64,000 bases of DNA from Sulfuricurvum sp. (lineage in GTDB: Bacteria; Campylobacterota; Campylobacteria; Campylobacterales; Sulfurimonadaceae), in contig JAABPY010000115.1 in assembly GCA_011391735.1 (NCBI GenBank), positions 1,291 to 65,290 on the forward strand. The letters run 5' to 3'. The translations under genes were made by a program, and so were the position numbers. Below are positions 61,698-64,000 of this stretch, in pieces (position 1 is the first letter of the stretch; each line of letters begins with the position of its first letter). The notes below the pieces were generated by a model. It ran no database searches. It was given only the letters and a program-made list of their open reading frames with translations, and was not told where the DNA came from.

Positions 61698-63125
61698 TTA
61701 ATTATACGGTATTGTTGATTGGTTTGAGATTAAAGCTAGTGCATTATCTAAAATCCTTTTCCCATCCATTCTCTCCGCACATTCCCCGATAAATTCGTCC
61801 AAAATAGCGAATTTTCGTTTTTGGAAATCATACCCGATATACTCCGAATTAAGATTGCAAAAGAAGCGGGTACGAAAGTCGTTGTTTTCAAAAACGCCGT
61901 GGACAAACGAACCGCTAACGTGCTTGTTCGCAAACCATTGGATATTTTTGAGACTGATACCGTGACGGATTTCAAACCCTTTTATCTCGTAGTCAAAAAG
62001 GGGATACGTTCCCTTGGTCAGGATTTTATCCCTCTCCAACGTTATAACATCCTCTATCCATCCGAACCCCTCTTCTGAAGTTGGTTCCATATTTTCAATC
62101 GCATAGAGGTCATCGATACGCTCAAACATCATCTGATACCCACCACAAATACCATATATTGCTTTGGTTCGCTCCCGTAACCGCTCGTAAAGTCCCGTTT
62201 TCTTCAACCAGCGGAGATCGTTAATGACGAGTTTCGACCCAGGGAGGAGTATCACATCGTACGACTCCAACACCATATCTCCACGGATAAATTCAACGGA
62301 GAGTTCCTCATCGTGAATGAGGGGTTCGATGTCGTTGTAGTTGCTCATTGTTGGATAGGCGATCACCCCGACGCTGATTTTGGTGTCGGTTTTATTTTGA
62401 ACGTAGTTCATTAAGCTTTGAGAATCTTCAAAACCAAGATTGAGAGAAAGATAGGGCAATACCCCAAGGACAGGAATCCCGAAACGCTCTTCGATAATCG
62501 TAACCCCCTCATCAAAGAGACTCATATCTCCCCGAAATTTATTGACGATGACCCCGATAACATTAGAGCGTAAATTCTCAGGGAGGAGATTATACACCCC
62601 CCAAATGGAAGCGAAAACGCCCCCTCGCTCAATGTCGGCAACGAGGATAATTTTCGTCTGAAAACGCTCCGCGATGTAGATATTGGAGAGGTCTTTGTCC
62701 ATAAGATTGAGTTCCACAGGACTCCCCGCCCCCTCACACACAACACAATCATAACGTGCAGATAGATATTCAAACGAAGCATCTACCGAAGGTTTGAGGG
62801 TATCAAGATCGCGGTAATACTCCCGCACCTCTTTCTCCCCTGCAACGCGTCCATTGACGATCATCGAGGCACTGTTTCCCCGTCCCGATTTGAGGAGGAC
62901 AGGATTGAGATGGTAGCTTGTGGGAACGCCTAACACCTCCGCTTGAAAAAACTGAGCGATAGCAATTTCGCTTCCATCATCGGCGACACGGGAGTTATTG
63001 GAGACGTTTTGGGCTTTGAAGGGGGCGACGCTATACCCTGCATTTTGGATGATCTTAGCGATAACAAAGGTGAGGGTTGATTTGCCTGCGTCGGAGGAGG
63101 TGCCGAAGATGGAGATGGGGGTCAT
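61698..63125 (-). CDS. cobQ: Cobyric acid synthase
   Basis: GTSSDAGKS, PFKAQN, EGAGSPVELNL, DIERGG, GICGGYQM. Confidence 0.95.
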   Translation of the reverse strand: MTPISIFGTSSDAGKSTLTFVIAKIIQNAGYSVAPFKAQNVSNNSRVADDGSEIAIAQFFQAEVLGVPTSYHLNPVLLKSGRGNSASMIVNGRVAGEKEVREYYRDLDTLKPSVDASFEYLSARYDCVVCEGAGSPVELNLMDKDLSNIYIAERFQTKIILVADIERGGVFASIWGVYNLLPENLRSNVIGVIVNKFRGDMSLFDEGVTIIEERFGIPVLGVLPYLSLNLGFEDSQSLMNYVQNKTDTKISVGVIAYPTMSNYNDIEPLIHDEELSVEFIRGDMVLESYDVILLPGSKLVINDLRWLKKTGLYERLRERTKAIYGICGGYQMMFERIDDLYAIENMEPTSEEGFGWIEDVITLERDKILTKGTYPLFDYEIKGFEIRHGISLKNIQWFANKHVSGSFVHGVFENNDFRTRFFCNLNSEYIGYDFQKRKFAILDEFIGECAERMDGKRILDNALALISNQSTIPYN

Positions 63126-63613
63126 TTAAGCCGATTCCCCAATCCCAATTTCACCTCATAAACTTCATCGCACAGTGAGGCGAGCTTTTGCCCAATGATG
63201 CCACTAAGATCGACAAAATGGCGGCTGATGGGATCATTGGGGATAACCCCGCAGGTGACATCATTGAGGACAAAGATAAGCGTGGCATTGATGGCGCATA
63301 TTTTCTCGATCTCTTCAATGAGGGCTGCTTCGTCATCCCCCAGACGGTTGAGCAGCCACATCGAGATACAATCGATGAGGTACGTGTTATGTGGTTTGAT
63401 AACGGGTGAAAGGTGATGGGTCTCTTCGATCGTAATGAAATCATCCTTACGTGAAAGGCGATGTTTTTCTACCCGCAGGTTCATCTCTGAGTCATTATAA
63501 CTGTTGTTATAGGTGGCGATATAATAGGGTTTGAGGGTGAAGAGTTCCAACGCTTTTTTCTCTGCAAGAGAACTTTTCCCGCTTTTTTGCCCGCCGAAGT
63601 AGAGAATCTTCAT
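63122..63613 (-). CDS. cobU: Adenosylcobinamide kinase/guanylyltransferase
   Basis: GGQKSGKS..AE, YIAT, RV..HR..R, LIDC. Confidence 0.9.
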   Translation of the reverse strand: MKILYFGGQKSGKSSLAEKKALELFTLKPYYIATYNNSYNDSEMNLRVEKHRLSRKDDFITIEETHHLSPVIKPHNTYLIDCISMWLLNRLGDDEAALIEEIEKICAINATLIFVLNDVTCGVIPNDPISRHFVDLSGIIGQKLASLCDEVYEVKLGLGNRLK

Positions 63614-63999
63614 TAACGATCACTTCTTCGTAAATTTTCTTTAGGATTGAAATTTTCGTCATAACATTCCATGTCTGTGCCACTTACATTTTCCAATATA
63701 GCTTTTTTTACTTCAGGATAATCTTTGAAAATTTGAATCCATAGTGAAAAAAATCCGTTGCATGAACGAGCCGTTTGTCTAATCATTGCATTATTTTCAG
63801 GTAATTCTAAAAAATCTTTCAAAGCATCTTGAGCTTTATTCCACGCATTTAATCGCGCCAGTGCTCTATCATCAGTTCGACTCGAAGTGTCTAGTTTTCT
63901 GTTTAGTTGCACCAAATTAAAAGTTGCAGTTGCTAATATTTTAACATCGTTGGGTAAATTATCTTTGACCCTTACACCAAGAATTGAATAGTCATACAA
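63613..63999 (-). CDS. C-terminal part of an AT-rich accessory protein, probably HNH-endonuclease family (5' end outside the window)
   Basis: Frame open to the window edge; GFFSLWIQIF...SGTDMECYD resembles HNH nuclease C-termini as I recall them; catalytic motif not visible. Confidence 0.5.
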   Translation of the reverse strand: MYDYSILGVRVKDNLPNDVKILATATFNLVQLNRKLDTSSRTDDRALARLNAWNKAQDALKDFLELPENNAMIRQTARSCNGFFSLWIQIFKDYPEVKKAILENVSGTDMECYDENFNPKENLRRSDR

Positions 64000-64000
64000 A

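Overview
64 kb of a Campylobacterota chromosome, most similar in gene content and order to Sulfuricurvum/Sulfurimonas (inference from protein sequences and synteny, no search run). Most of it is core genes: addA(partial)-addB, the cbb3 oxidase ccoNOQP with FixH and accessory ORFs, carA, fliJ, purA, hisZ, uppP, rdgB, moaD-moaE-moeA, mqnA, gltX, accB-accC, dcd, rlmN, hisF, rsmA, rnj, thyX, thrS-infC-rpmI-rplT and cobU-cobQ. It also holds a ~13.6 kb F9-type chemosensory operon (stand-alone PAS protein, double-signalling-domain DosM-like receptor, triple CheW, CheB, HEAT, CheR, two CheY, mini CheZ-like protein, CheA, CheW with an inserted CZB domain, STAS, ParA, response regulator). The most striking pattern is two AT-rich cassettes with the same architecture, each splitting a housekeeping gene string (purA|fliJ and infC|rpmI): housekeeping stop codon, GTCATTCCCG-N-CGGGAATC palindrome (REP/dRS3-like), TATAAT promoter, antitoxin-toxin pair, small gene(s), then a large signal-peptide-bearing repeat protein (SEL1-caspase in one, MORN-type in the other). 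Several microproteins below the ORF-track cutoff, a (GA)13 microsatellite and a probable HNH-family gene fragment at the right edge were also read. No rRNA, tRNA, CRISPR array, integrase or transposase was seen.
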